Origin: a virus
Lineage: Duplodnaviria > Caudoviricetes
Length of the DNA stretch: 64,000 nt
Strand: one strand, 5' to 3'
IMG/VR virus record: IMGVR_UViG_3300020048_000087
Coordinates: 17,915-81,914 of that record
Below, in pieces: positions 31,020-40,687 of this stretch (positions are counted from its first letter, which is position 1; each line of letters opens with the position of its first letter). Below the pieces are notes generated by a model that did no database searches, was not told the origin of the DNA, and saw nothing but the letters and a program-made list of their open reading frames with translations. The translations under genes and the position numbers were made by a program.

Positions 31020-32900
31020 CTATTTTTTAGTGTTATTATTCGGAACGTATTTCTCTAAAATTTCAACAATTTTCGCTTTAACTTCAGGGTCACCTAAAGC
31101 CAACGATAATTGTTTTGTATCAACACCTTGAGGAGCATCAACTTTAATATTTAATGTCATATCCCCACTTAATGTTGATTTATTTTCAATCGTAGCGGTT
31201 TCTTTTTCTTGTGCCGTCACTTTTGAAGACATTTCTTGAAACTCAGTAACTGACATACCCAACGATTGTGATACTTCAGCAATTTTTTCTTGAGACATTG
31301 TCGATGAATTAATTGGTGAACTCCCCATACTAACATTTTGACTTTTTAACACAATATCCCCCATCGCAGTAATAACATTCATTATCATTTTAGAATAATT
31401 ATTATCACCAGCTTGAATATCACTTTCAAGTTTAACTGAACCACCTGCAACATCTTTAGTTACGTTAAGAAACCCATCTTTCACACTACTTCCCACAGTT
31501 AATAACATTTTACCAAAATCTTCTAATGAACCTTCACCTTTACTTAATTTATATAACACATCAGAAACCGCACCCATATTTTTATCAAACCCTTCACGTA
31601 TTGTCTTAATATCTAACGCCTTATTAAATGCGTCGTAGACACCTGTCGCAATTTGATGTTCAGCTTCCATCATCTTACCACCTTCTTTACTTCCCGCCAT
31701 AGCGGCACCCGTTTTACCTTTTAAGGCCGTCCGTGAATTTGCGATATCTTTTAAATAACCCGTCTGTTCTTTAGCTAAAGTTAACATATCTTTTGGTTGA
31801 CCATCAGCTAATAATTGAGCTAATTTTTCTTTATCATTACCAACACTTTTTAACGCAACATCAATGTCCGTCATTTTATTGTCAACCATAATTGACATTT
31901 TACCATCTTTCATTTCGGTAATGTTCGCCAACATTTGTTTTTGTTCGTCAGTTGCAATCTCAGGGAATTGGATTTTTTTCATCTTAATATCCATTTCACC
32001 AGCAGCTCTTGACATTGTTGATAATTCAGCCGTCGACATACCCAATGTCTTAGCAAGTTCTTTCATTTTACCAACTTGACCTGGAGCGATTTTAACGTTA
32101 CCTTTTTCATCTAAAGTCGTTAACTCTTTACCCATTTCAGCAATCGCTTTTTGGAAAGCCTCAGGGTCATTTCGTGACATATTCATTAACCTCATCGGGT
32201 CTAATAATTCACTTTGAGCAACACCTAATCGTTGAAATGATGCCGCCATTTCAATAGCTCCTTCAGGGTCAAACGCCTTATCAACCGCGGCTAATACTAT
32301 ACCCATATCAACACGTAAAGACGCTGATGTTGCCGCCATTTTGGCTAAACCACCTACACCACCTGAAAAGTTGACAGTGTCTAACGCCTTCATATTACTC
32401 ATAACCGCGGCAGATACTGCCTGAGCACTGACACCTACCGACCTTGCAATATTAACAACATCTTCCATTTGTTTAGTTGTATTATATAAACTAAAACCAG
32501 CGTTTTTGAATTCGGAGGTTAACTTGGCAGTTGCCACCCCTGTAACATTAGAAGTCGCTAATAAATCGTCAAAATATTCAGAACTCATTTGAATATTTCT
32601 TCCTGTACTATTGACGAGTTCAATTTGCATATCGGCAATATTTTGCATATTACCACCAATTCTCGCAACGTCAGACTGAGCATCCCCCATTGATTTTCGA
32701 TAACCTTCGGCAGATTCTCTACCGATACCCATAACTTTGGCGACTTGAGTGAATTTCTCATCAATATCGTACATAGTCTCTTTAATAGCAGACGCTTTGG
32801 TATTACTATTAATAACCTCAGTTATTTTACTACCTATAGATTCCCCGTAACTCTTAACCGCGGATTCAACAGGTCCTTTTTTCTCATCATCAGCTCCCAT
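31020..32900 (-). CDS. Tape measure protein
   Basis: Ala/Met/Lys-rich helical sequence; lies after the tube and chaperone genes and before the baseplate genes. Confidence 0.75.
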   Translation of the reverse strand: MGADDEKKGPVESAVKSYGESIGSKITEVINSNTKASAIKETMYDIDEKFTQVAKVMGIGRESAEGYRKSMGDAQSDVARIGGNMQNIADMQIELVNSTGRNIQMSSEYFDDLLATSNVTGVATAKLTSEFKNAGFSLYNTTKQMEDVVNIARSVGVSAQAVSAAVMSNMKALDTVNFSGGVGGLAKMAATSASLRVDMGIVLAAVDKAFDPEGAIEMAASFQRLGVAQSELLDPMRLMNMSRNDPEAFQKAIAEMGKELTTLDEKGNVKIAPGQVGKMKELAKTLGMSTAELSTMSRAAGEMDIKMKKIQFPEIATDEQKQMLANITEMKDGKMSIMVDNKMTDIDVALKSVGNDKEKLAQLLADGQPKDMLTLAKEQTGYLKDIANSRTALKGKTGAAMAGSKEGGKMMEAEHQIATGVYDAFNKALDIKTIREGFDKNMGAVSDVLYKLSKGEGSLEDFGKMLLTVGSSVKDGFLNVTKDVAGGSVKLESDIQAGDNNYSKMIMNVITAMGDIVLKSQNVSMGSSPINSSTMSQEKIAEVSQSLGMSVTEFQEMSSKVTAQEKETATIENKSTLSGDMTLNIKVDAPQGVDTKQLSLALGDPEVKAKIVEILEKYVPNNNTKK

Positions 32901-32937
32901 ACAATATTATTTTGGTATAATATAAATACACCAAAGG

Positions 32938-33103
32938 TTATTTTTCCTTTGGTGCATTATCTTCAATGATTCTATTGATTATGTATTTTCTGATATAAGT
33001 AGGAATTTTTAAAAATTCACTATATTGAGTTCTTAAAACTTTACCCATAAGATAAAATTCCTCAATTAAAATTTGATTGTAATTAGAAGAAAGGGCGAAA
33101 AAA
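32938..33103 (-). CDS. Tail assembly chaperone C-terminal extension ('T' part), probably reached by a +1 frameshift
   Basis: 52-codon open +1 frame ALSSNYNQILIEEFYLMGKVLRTQYSEFLKIPTYIRKYIINRIIEDNAPKEK* begins at UUU_UUU_CGC (33103-33095). Absent from the ORF track. Confidence 0.65.
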
Positions 33104-33835
33104 CTCCACCCCAAAGGATACGTTAAACGTAACCAATTCTCCAGACGGGGCGTAAACTTCTCTCTTTAAATCCAATGAAGGTTGATTGTCTCGTAAAAAC
33201 GTCCTAATATGTTTTGAATCCATAATTGGGAGTGTACTAACAAATTGTGATATAACACCCGGTTCGCTATTACCATCAACTTCAATAATTTGTTTATTCA
33301 ATCTCCAAGTCACCGTTGGTGCCGTTCTACCTTTAGGATATTGTTCACTCATTTTATCAATTTCTAAACCCTCATAAAAAGTTAAAGGTCTTAATTTAAC
33401 AGTTGTATTTGTTTTTGGTAATTTAGCCATAAAATTACCATCAGCGTCAGGTTTTACGGAAATTTCTTTAATGTTTAAAACATCAATAATTTCGGTATGT
33501 TCAAATAATTTATTAGTTTTTGGGTCAATCAAATTAAGAACATATTCAGGTCCAAATGATGAATTCCTTAAAAATATTAAAATCGCTTCAACATCACCAT
33601 CAGTCATTTCTTCAGGTCTTAAATCGTGTTCATAAACTTTATTTCTTAATAAAGTCATTACGATATGTTCTTTTGAATCATTATTTAATAAATAATTCTC
33701 GTCTTCAGCAGTTAAATAACCTACCTTAACCGCAGTTTTTTTTGATTTGTAAAAAACCCCTTTTGAAGGTAATTTAACAACATCGTGAGGTAAGTTAAAA
33801 TTTTCTGTTGCTGCTTGTATTAAATCTGCATCCAT
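33083..33835 (-). CDS. Tail assembly chaperone / T4 gp26-gp51-like 'baseplate hub' protein
   Basis: VKLPSKGVFY...VGYLTAEDENYL, LIDPKT, KLPKT..VKLRPLT; lies between tube and tape measure; ends VEFFRPFF. Confidence 0.8.
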   Translation of the reverse strand: MDADLIQAATENFNLPHDVVKLPSKGVFYKSKKTAVKVGYLTAEDENYLLNNDSKEHIVMTLLRNKVYEHDLRPEEMTDGDVEAILIFLRNSSFGPEYVLNLIDPKTNKLFEHTEIIDVLNIKEISVKPDADGNFMAKLPKTNTTVKLRPLTFYEGLEIDKMSEQYPKGRTAPTVTWRLNKQIIEVDGNSEPGVISQFVSTLPIMDSKHIRTFLRDNQPSLDLKREVYAPSGELVTFNVSFGVEFFRPFF

Positions 33836-33893
33836 ATTTTACTTGTTTTTTATTAAAATATAGTTTACATTAGTTTTTATTAAATAATTAAAA

Positions 33894-33925
33894 CAAAAAA
33901 ATCCACATACTTTAATATGTGGATT
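33894..33925 (-). terminator. Intrinsic terminator after the tail tube gene
   Basis: AATCCACATA/TATGTGGATT 10-bp inverted repeat plus A-run. Confidence 0.8.
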
Positions 33926-33948
33926 AATAATTTTATATTTGAGTGTTT

Positions 33949-34437
33949 TTAGTAAACTAATACACAACGGTCAGGTCTAAGAGTTGCCGTGATAGATGCA
34001 ATAGCATCAGAGTTGTAAGCTAATGAATCGAAATTCACATCAGATAACCAAGCTCCTTCTAAAATCCATTTTTCAACAACAACACCTGTTGGGTCTAACA
34101 TTTCCAAGTCAACATTTTTCTTGTAACCTGCAGCATATCCCATACGTCCTGTAACAGACTCCGCACATAAACGAACCCATTCCATTAATGCTTGTGAAGC
34201 AGAAGGTCCGATTGGGTCACGGAACTTAACGTTAATTGTTCCCCAAGTAAAACGTCCAGCAACATAAGTTGACGTATTTAAAAACTGAACCTCAACCGGG
34301 TTAATAGTTATGTGTGGTCTTGATGCCGTCTCAACAAACCATTCATTAATTCCAAGGCTTGAAGGGAATCTCATTATAAACCTATTTTGTCTTTTAGGTT
34401 CGTATGGTATGGGCATTTTCATTAATAAATCAGCCAT
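33949..34437 (-). CDS. Tail tube protein (T4 gp19-like)
   Basis: EPKRQNRF, RPHIT, YVAGRFTWGTINVKFRDPI, GYAAGYKK, VEKWIL.GAW, ATLRPDRC. Confidence 0.9.
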   Translation of the reverse strand: MADLLMKMPIPYEPKRQNRFIMRFPSSLGINEWFVETASRPHITINPVEVQFLNTSTYVAGRFTWGTINVKFRDPIGPSASQALMEWVRLCAESVTGRMGYAAGYKKNVDLEMLDPTGVVVEKWILEGAWLSDVNFDSLAYNSDAIASITATLRPDRCVLVY

Positions 34438-34613
34438 CTTATTTTTTTTTGTCTTTTTAAGTTTATTTTTATTTTATAAATATCTCTTGAAAGATTTTTC
34501 TATTTACTTCTAATTATTTTTAAAATATCTTTCTAGTAATAAATATCTAGTTTTATTAATTTAATATATTAATTTTAATATTTATTAATTATCTAGTTTA
34601 TTATTATAGTTAA

Positions 34614-35444
34614 TTAATATCTTTTTTTAATTCCTCCTGCGGTTGAATAAGTTTTAATAATATTTTCTGGGTCATTCTCAAAATGTCCTTTAACTTTTTC
34701 CACATTTCTTAAATCATCATCTGAAAAACCAATTTGTGGTTCGTGATTAACAATTTTCTTTTTTAAGAAAGCTTGCTTACCTATAAATTTTGAAAGATGT
34801 TTTACGTGACTCACAAACTCTTTTAAAGCTTTAATCTTACCTTCTTCAGGGTTAGTTGCTGAACCTTCACCATAAGTCACCGGATAGAATTTACAAAGGT
34901 CTAGATATTCTCTAATCATTTCCTCTTTAGATAATTGTTCTTCATCTGCTAAATCTCTATATTTTTCTAAATTTCTAACTAACTCTTCAGTATTAATACC
35001 ACTATGATTTGAAACTATTAAATTATAAACCGCTTCTTTCATTACTGAAGGTGTATGTCCTCTAGCCGTAACAATTGAAAAAATTGAACCATTATTAATT
35101 GCCTCAACAAAATCACCCCAAGCAGGACCTTCTTTTGCCATCATAGAGTCAATTATAAAATTTTTATCACCTGTAACTGTAAAATATCTAAATGGTAAAT
35201 CCGCAAACCCAACAATTTGGTGTCCTTCATACTCAAAAGGTTCTTTACCAATTTCTAATCTATACTCAGCAAAATCTTCTGTTGACATCGGTACTTCTTC
35301 ACCTTCATCATCTTTTAATATTATTTTTGTCGGCATATACATAATATTATCGTCCCAATCAAACGCATAATATTTCATATCGGGAGTCCCTGTCTCATCA
35401 ATACCTTCTCTTAATATTTTTTTAATTAAATCATTTGTATTCAT
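34614..35444 (-). CDS. HAD-superfamily phosphatase
   Basis: Motif I FDWDDN, motif II IVTARG, motif III K (EEGKIKA), motif IV GFSDDD. Confidence 0.8.
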   Translation of the reverse strand: MNTNDLIKKILREGIDETGTPDMKYYAFDWDDNIMYMPTKIILKDDEGEEVPMSTEDFAEYRLEIGKEPFEYEGHQIVGFADLPFRYFTVTGDKNFIIDSMMAKEGPAWGDFVEAINNGSIFSIVTARGHTPSVMKEAVYNLIVSNHSGINTEELVRNLEKYRDLADEEQLSKEEMIREYLDLCKFYPVTYGEGSATNPEEGKIKALKEFVSHVKHLSKFIGKQAFLKKKIVNHEPQIGFSDDDLRNVEKVKGHFENDPENIIKTYSTAGGIKKRY

Positions 35445-35464
35445 ACTTATAAATATTCATATAT

Positions 35465-35498
35465 AAAAAAAAGGGAGAACTTGTCTCCCCTTTTTTTT
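35465..35498. terminator. Intrinsic terminator after the tail sheath gene (bidirectional geometry)
   Basis: A8-GGGAGA-ACTTG-TCTCCC-C-T8. Confidence 0.85.
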
Positions 35499-35510
35499 GT
35501 TATGTTGTTT

Positions 35511-38500
35511 TTAGATGTTTTCAAACGAAGCTCCCGTTGGTGTTATATAGAATGTGATATCTATAAATTCTAACGCTTTCGTAGGTTTGATAAATATCTT
35601 ACCTGTCATTTGGTTTCTATCTAAATCCGCAGTGTCTGAAGAAACTGTTACACGGAAATCGTATAAACCTCTATCTCTTCTGATTGCATCTAAGATTGGA
35701 TTAACCGCGTCTAAGAAATCTTGTCTTACTTTTTGGTCGTTTTGTTCAAACAACAATCTCACTGAAACCGCTGAAATCAATTTACGAGCTTGTAATAACA
35801 ATCTTCTAACGTTTATTCTATCTAAAGCTGACTCTCTAACTTGAAGAGTTTTATTACCCCATATTACAGTTCCCACATCTGAGAAAGTAGCGATTGGATT
35901 AATTCTACCTTTGTATAGAACGTCTCTATCTTCTTGAGTTAATTTTTTACGTGCTTTAATAGCGTTTACGATACCTCTTGTGTAACCTGCCGCCGCGAAC
36001 CAAGGGAATGCGATGTTGTCAGTCAATGCTAAGTTTCTCGTCACCTCCGCAGTTGGTGGTAAGTAGATTTGTGTGTTATTAACACTATCTCTTGTTAATA
36101 CCCAAGGGTAGTAAGTCGCAGTGTAGTTAGAGTCAATACCTGTTGTTTCAAGGTTATCAATCGCCTCTTGTGGGTAGATTAAATCAAGTGGGTCACCTGT
36201 ACTTGGTGTAAACATTTGGTAATCAGGTGTTGTACAGATATAAACTGAATCCGCTCTATCATTTTCAATCATATCAATCGCACTTTCTACGATGTCAGAA
36301 TGATTCACATAATCAATACCCGGTGTTGCAAACACGTTAATGTTAACCGCTTCAGGATTTGCGAATGTTCTTTGTCCTAATAGGTATGCGTAATAATCTG
36401 TATTACCCCAATCTTGTGTATTATCACCAACTGTGATTTGTTTGAATGCTCCCCATCCTGTAGCCGTTGGGTATTTAACTGAAGGACAAGCTCCTTTTAA
36501 ATATCCAGGTCTACCTAATACGAATCTATCAGTATTTGTTCTTGATTCTCTGTATATATCCCAAGCATCAAAACCTCCCTGAACGATTAATGTGAATTTA
36601 CGTGCGAAAAGTCTGTAATATGGGTTAGATTCGTTTGTTGGGTCAGAACTAAAGTTATCTGAACCTACATAGAATGCTGTTGTTGCACTTGTGATTGCTG
36701 ATAACACATATCTGTTTTCTGCAACATTAAATACTTTCTCATAGAATGTGTTATTAACTGTAAGACCTGAAGCTCTGTTATCCATATGGAAACCTTTAGT
36801 TTTAGTATCCCACAATGCTCCTGTACTTTGAGTACAAACATCTAACGGTAATTGTTTACCTTTATATGCCGTGAAATCGACATCATAACCAACAGTGTCT
36901 GAAACACCTAAATAAGTTCTACGAACGTTATCACCATTACTTCTAATTGCGTCATCAGCACCTGAAGATAAACCAAATGGGGGGTTATAAATAACCTCAC
37001 CTGGATAATCGTATTTAGTTTTGTAAACAGGGAAAGGTGAACGAACCCCAGCATATGTTCTAGTGTCATAACCTTCGAATCCACAAGGTAACGCGTCTTG
37101 AGGTGCATTTTCATTAACCTCAACCATAATATATTTTGAGTTTAATTGGTATTCACCATCTGATGTTCCTATTTTTTTCGCAATAAAGTTATTTTGATTA
37201 GGGTCCATTGAACAATTCGTAAATTTCTCAATAACAACAGGTGCTGAATCAGAGTCATAAAAATCTCTAACCATAACATCAAACGTTCCATTTCCGAATG
37301 AAATATTCGCGATTGATATCTTAACATCGGTGTTAGCCGCATCACCATCTGCGATAGTTGTAAATCTAAATAAGTTATAAACTTTAGTACCTCTTAATTC
37401 TGAAACAACCCAAGATGATGCTGGTGATTGGTATTTCTCTAAGTAAAAACCTAACGATGTTGGGTCAGCACCTTGTCTTGCGTCAGGTAATGCCGTTAAA
37501 GTTGAGCTTAAACCTCTAATGAAACCTTTTCTCCAAGCGTAATTTAATAACGTTTGGTATTTCTCTTCAACAAATAATGGAACCGCATTTCTATCTTTAG
37601 AGAAATTACTAGAACCTAATACTTTAGTTATGTATTTTGAATCGGAATTAGAAAATGAAGTTTCAAATGAATAATTAGTACCTGTTTTACCTGTTGCGTT
37701 AACAACAAAAGTCGAATAAGGGTTTTTTGTAACACCAGAATATAACCCTGACATATCTAATTGAACATTATTTAACGTATCAACTTCATAAACCGCACCA
37801 TTTTGACTTGAATAATCGGCCAAACCTCTTGAACGTAATGTTGCGATAACTAAATCATCATAATCTAAAAATGATTGACCATTTAATAAAAAGTAAGTAC
37901 CTACAACAGAACCACTATAACAAGAAGTTGTTGAACCAACATCCATACTACCTGTATCACCTGTCGTTGTTGGGTCACAAGGGTTATCATTACTAACACA
38001 TACTGTCCAAGTCGTTGTTTTTGAACCATCTTCAGAAACTAAAGTATAAGTTAAACAATTAGTAAAATCATTTGATGTTACATCACTTGTTTGTTGAACT
38101 GAATTAATTGAAACATCACTTGTACAAGCGGTGAATGACGAAATTATTTGAGTTTGGTCAATATTAGAAGGTACATAAGCATAAATTGTGTTGTTGTTGT
38201 AATTAATATTACCGTAAGTTGAACCTATCGTTAAAACATCAATCGTTGCATTAGCATCACCCGTTGATATGGTAACAGTGTCTCCAATGATATAACCTGT
38301 ACCCGCTTGATTAATAGTTACACCCGTAACCAAACCTGAACCGTTAGTTAAAACATCAACTGTTAAACCAACACCTGAACCTCCTGTTGTTGACACATTT
38401 GTACCATTAGTATAATTTGTACCACCAACTAAAGTATTGAAAGTTAAAATATTACCATTAATTAGAAAGTCATTGAATGATGCACAATTTGACATATTAG

Positions 38501-39353
38501 ATGTTTGAGTAACACCTGTTAAATAAGTGTAGAAAGATGAACCTGTATATACACCACCACCAATATTATCAAATAATGAGTAATACCAAGCGTCATTTGC
38601 CGGTGCTGAATAATTTAAAGTTTCGGCGTTCATTGAATCTGCTTGGAATACGTTAGTTCTTGCGGTATACCCTAAATTAGTATTACCACTATAATATGTT
38701 CCAGGTACTGCACCATAATAATAAACCGAACTAGCCTCTTTACTTGGTGTTACCATAACGTCAAAAATTTGACTTCTCAAGTCAGCATCAAGACTAGTTA
38801 CACTACCATCAAAATTTTCGTAAGGTAAATTTAATTTATCTAAAATTGCTTGTGGAACACCTGATGTTGTGTATGAAACACTTGATGTATTATTATTACA
38901 TCCTGTGAATGGGATTACAAAGTCTACTTCATAATATGAAACACATTCAGTTATACAATTCGCAGTTATCGCACTTAAACAACTGAATTCAATTGTTGTT
39001 GGGTCAACGTTTGCTTTAGTCGTGATAGACCAAGATGGACCCGCATCATATCCCGAAAGACCTAAAATTCTAGTCACGAACAATTGATTAGATTGTTGTA
39101 AGTATGATTTAGCGATATATGAAGCCTCATATTTAGGGATTTGTGTATTTATGAATTTCTCAGGTGATGTTCCCCCGAAGAATGTTGAGAATTCGTCAAA
39201 GTTACGGATAAAAATAGGTTCGAATGCGGGACCTTTTAACGTCTCCCCAACGATACCTAATGTAGTTACCCCTACACTTGATGCTACGAAACTCAAATCA
39301 ACTTCAGAAGTGTAAACTCCCGGTGAAACAAATACTTTACTGTTTGTTGCCAT
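35511..39353 (-). CDS. Tail sheath protein (T4 gp18-like) with large accessory insertions, 1280 aa
   Basis: N-terminus FVSPGVYTSEVDLS. C-terminus YTATYYPWV, PWFAAAGYTRG, LYKGRINPI, WGNKTLQ, LDRINVRRLL, KALEFIDITF. Confidence 0.95.
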   Translation of the reverse strand: MATNSKVFVSPGVYTSEVDLSFVASSVGVTTLGIVGETLKGPAFEPIFIRNFDEFSTFFGGTSPEKFINTQIPKYEASYIAKSYLQQSNQLFVTRILGLSGYDAGPSWSITTKANVDPTTIEFSCLSAITANCITECVSYYEVDFVIPFTGCNNNTSSVSYTTSGVPQAILDKLNLPYENFDGSVTSLDADLRSQIFDVMVTPSKEASSVYYYGAVPGTYYSGNTNLGYTARTNVFQADSMNAETLNYSAPANDAWYYSLFDNIGGGVYTGSSFYTYLTGVTQTSNMSNCASFNDFLINGNILTFNTLVGGTNYTNGTNVSTTGGSGVGLTVDVLTNGSGLVTGVTINQAGTGYIIGDTVTISTGDANATIDVLTIGSTYGNINYNNNTIYAYVPSNIDQTQIISSFTACTSDVSINSVQQTSDVTSNDFTNCLTYTLVSEDGSKTTTWTVCVSNDNPCDPTTTGDTGSMDVGSTTSCYSGSVVGTYFLLNGQSFLDYDDLVIATLRSRGLADYSSQNGAVYEVDTLNNVQLDMSGLYSGVTKNPYSTFVVNATGKTGTNYSFETSFSNSDSKYITKVLGSSNFSKDRNAVPLFVEEKYQTLLNYAWRKGFIRGLSSTLTALPDARQGADPTSLGFYLEKYQSPASSWVVSELRGTKVYNLFRFTTIADGDAANTDVKISIANISFGNGTFDVMVRDFYDSDSAPVVIEKFTNCSMDPNQNNFIAKKIGTSDGEYQLNSKYIMVEVNENAPQDALPCGFEGYDTRTYAGVRSPFPVYKTKYDYPGEVIYNPPFGLSSGADDAIRSNGDNVRRTYLGVSDTVGYDVDFTAYKGKQLPLDVCTQSTGALWDTKTKGFHMDNRASGLTVNNTFYEKVFNVAENRYVLSAITSATTAFYVGSDNFSSDPTNESNPYYRLFARKFTLIVQGGFDAWDIYRESRTNTDRFVLGRPGYLKGACPSVKYPTATGWGAFKQITVGDNTQDWGNTDYYAYLLGQRTFANPEAVNINVFATPGIDYVNHSDIVESAIDMIENDRADSVYICTTPDYQMFTPSTGDPLDLIYPQEAIDNLETTGIDSNYTATYYPWVLTRDSVNNTQIYLPPTAEVTRNLALTDNIAFPWFAAAGYTRGIVNAIKARKKLTQEDRDVLYKGRINPIATFSDVGTVIWGNKTLQVRESALDRINVRRLLLQARKLISAVSVRLLFEQNDQKVRQDFLDAVNPILDAIRRDRGLYDFRVTVSSDTADLDRNQMTGKIFIKPTKALEFIDITFYITPTGASFENI

Positions 39354-39445
39354 TATTTTTTTGTTTTTCTTAAAAGATTTATTTTATTGATAAATATTCT
39401 AGAAAAAACCAAAATACTTTACTTTATACGATGTATTTATATTTT

Positions 39446-39465
39446 AGGTAGAATATTTTCTACCT
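39446..39465. promoter_or_regulatory. 20-bp palindrome (candidate RHH operator, or hairpin) between the divergent sheath and RHH genes
   Basis: AGGTAGAA-TATT-TTCTACCT with perfect 8-bp arms. Confidence 0.5.
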
Positions 39466-39475
39466 TTTTTCTACT

Positions 39476-39640
39476 ATGGCTGAAGACAATAAGAAGATTA
39501 AAAACTTAAAAATATCCGAAGAGGTCCACGAAATTTTAAAAAGTTATTGTGATAAAAGAGGTATAAAAATATACCGATTTTTGGAAAAACTAATTATCGA
39601 AAAATGTAAGGATAAGAAAGATATTTACGGAGAAGATTAA
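39476..39640 (+). CDS. Ribbon-helix-helix DNA-binding protein, 54 aa (absent from the ORF track)
   Basis: MAEDNKKIKNLKISEEVHEILKSYCDKRGIKIYRFLEKLIIEKCKDKKDIYGED*: alternating beta-strand, then S-EE-helix-G-helix. Upstream TATTTAT at 39434-39440. Confidence 0.75.
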   Translation: MAEDNKKIKNLKISEEVHEILKSYCDKRGIKIYRFLEKLIIEKCKDKKDIYGED

Positions 39641-40680
39641 AGTAATTGGTTGTTAAACCCAATTGACGCTTCTAAAGTGTCATCAAATTTGGTTGCAATA
39701 ATTTTTAATACATCATTAGTGTTGATTTGTATTTCACTAATATCACTACCATAATATTGGTTATTAATGTACACATCAAATGTGTTAACATTAAGAACAT
39801 CACCAACATTTAAATTTACGGTATAATCAAATAATTGTGTTAAAATATTGTTACCAATAATAAATAAACAATTTAGAGTTGTACTACTTGGGTTTGAATC
39901 TAATTTTTTACCTTTTTTTAATTTGTCTGTTGATAATTCTGTAACTTGTAAAACTCTACTGATTGCTGGTGAAATCTCAAATTCGTCTTCATCAATTAGA
40001 AAACCTAACATAGTGAATTCGTATGATTGGATGTAGTATCGTCTTTTTTCTAAATCATTAACCGACTCATCAGTAATACCACCTTGTACTATTGGGATAT
40101 AATGACCTTTAATTGTTGAGTAAGCTTGTTTTGATGCGAATTTACCCAATACAATTTTATTGAACTCGTTTAATTCTCTCATCCTATTACAAACTATCTT
40201 AACTTGATATGTGATATCAACAGGTATTGGTTGGGGTATTTTATAAATGTCCATACCATTTCTTTGTCCGTTAAATGTTGGGACTTGTGCATAAAAATAT
40301 TGTCGTCTATTTGGAATATTATAAACAACCGCGGGATTTGTTCCGAACTTAACTTCAGGTATTCTAACAACCGTAATTACCGGGGGCTCAACATTTTTAT
40401 CTAAATTTTGTATATCCCAAGTTTCAATAAATTGTGACCAATTTTGAGTTGTTATTAAAATATCAATCATTGGGATTTTTTTTCCATCAACAATTGTTTC
40501 TAATTCGGTTTTAACAAAATTTAAAAAACCACCATCCAAATCTGCGTGTAATAACGATTTTGGTAGATATGTTCCATCCTTATTGATTTTATCCAATAAC
40601 TCGTACCTTCTAGGTAATAGAGTTTTCGATTCCGTCAATGGAATATGTTTCTTAATACTATTTTTTTTTGGTAATCCCAT
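39637..40680 (-). CDS. Putative tail terminator / neck protein (T4 gp15-like)
   Basis: PQPIPVDITYQVKIVCNRMRELN segment; lies between the head-closure-like gene and the sheath. Confidence 0.55.
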   Translation of the reverse strand: MGLPKKNSIKKHIPLTESKTLLPRRYELLDKINKDGTYLPKSLLHADLDGGFLNFVKTELETIVDGKKIPMIDILITTQNWSQFIETWDIQNLDKNVEPPVITVVRIPEVKFGTNPAVVYNIPNRRQYFYAQVPTFNGQRNGMDIYKIPQPIPVDITYQVKIVCNRMRELNEFNKIVLGKFASKQAYSTIKGHYIPIVQGGITDESVNDLEKRRYYIQSYEFTMLGFLIDEDEFEISPAISRVLQVTELSTDKLKKGKKLDSNPSSTTLNCLFIIGNNILTQLFDYTVNLNVGDVLNVNTFDVYINNQYYGSDISEIQINTNDVLKIIATKFDDTLEASIGFNNQLL

Positions 40681-40687
40681 TTTTTAA

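Noticed and set aside
33060-33103. -1 frameshift (P2-like T6 slip) in the chaperone gene
   Set aside because: The -1 frame hits TAA after about 12 codons; only the +1/-2 frame is open to 32938.
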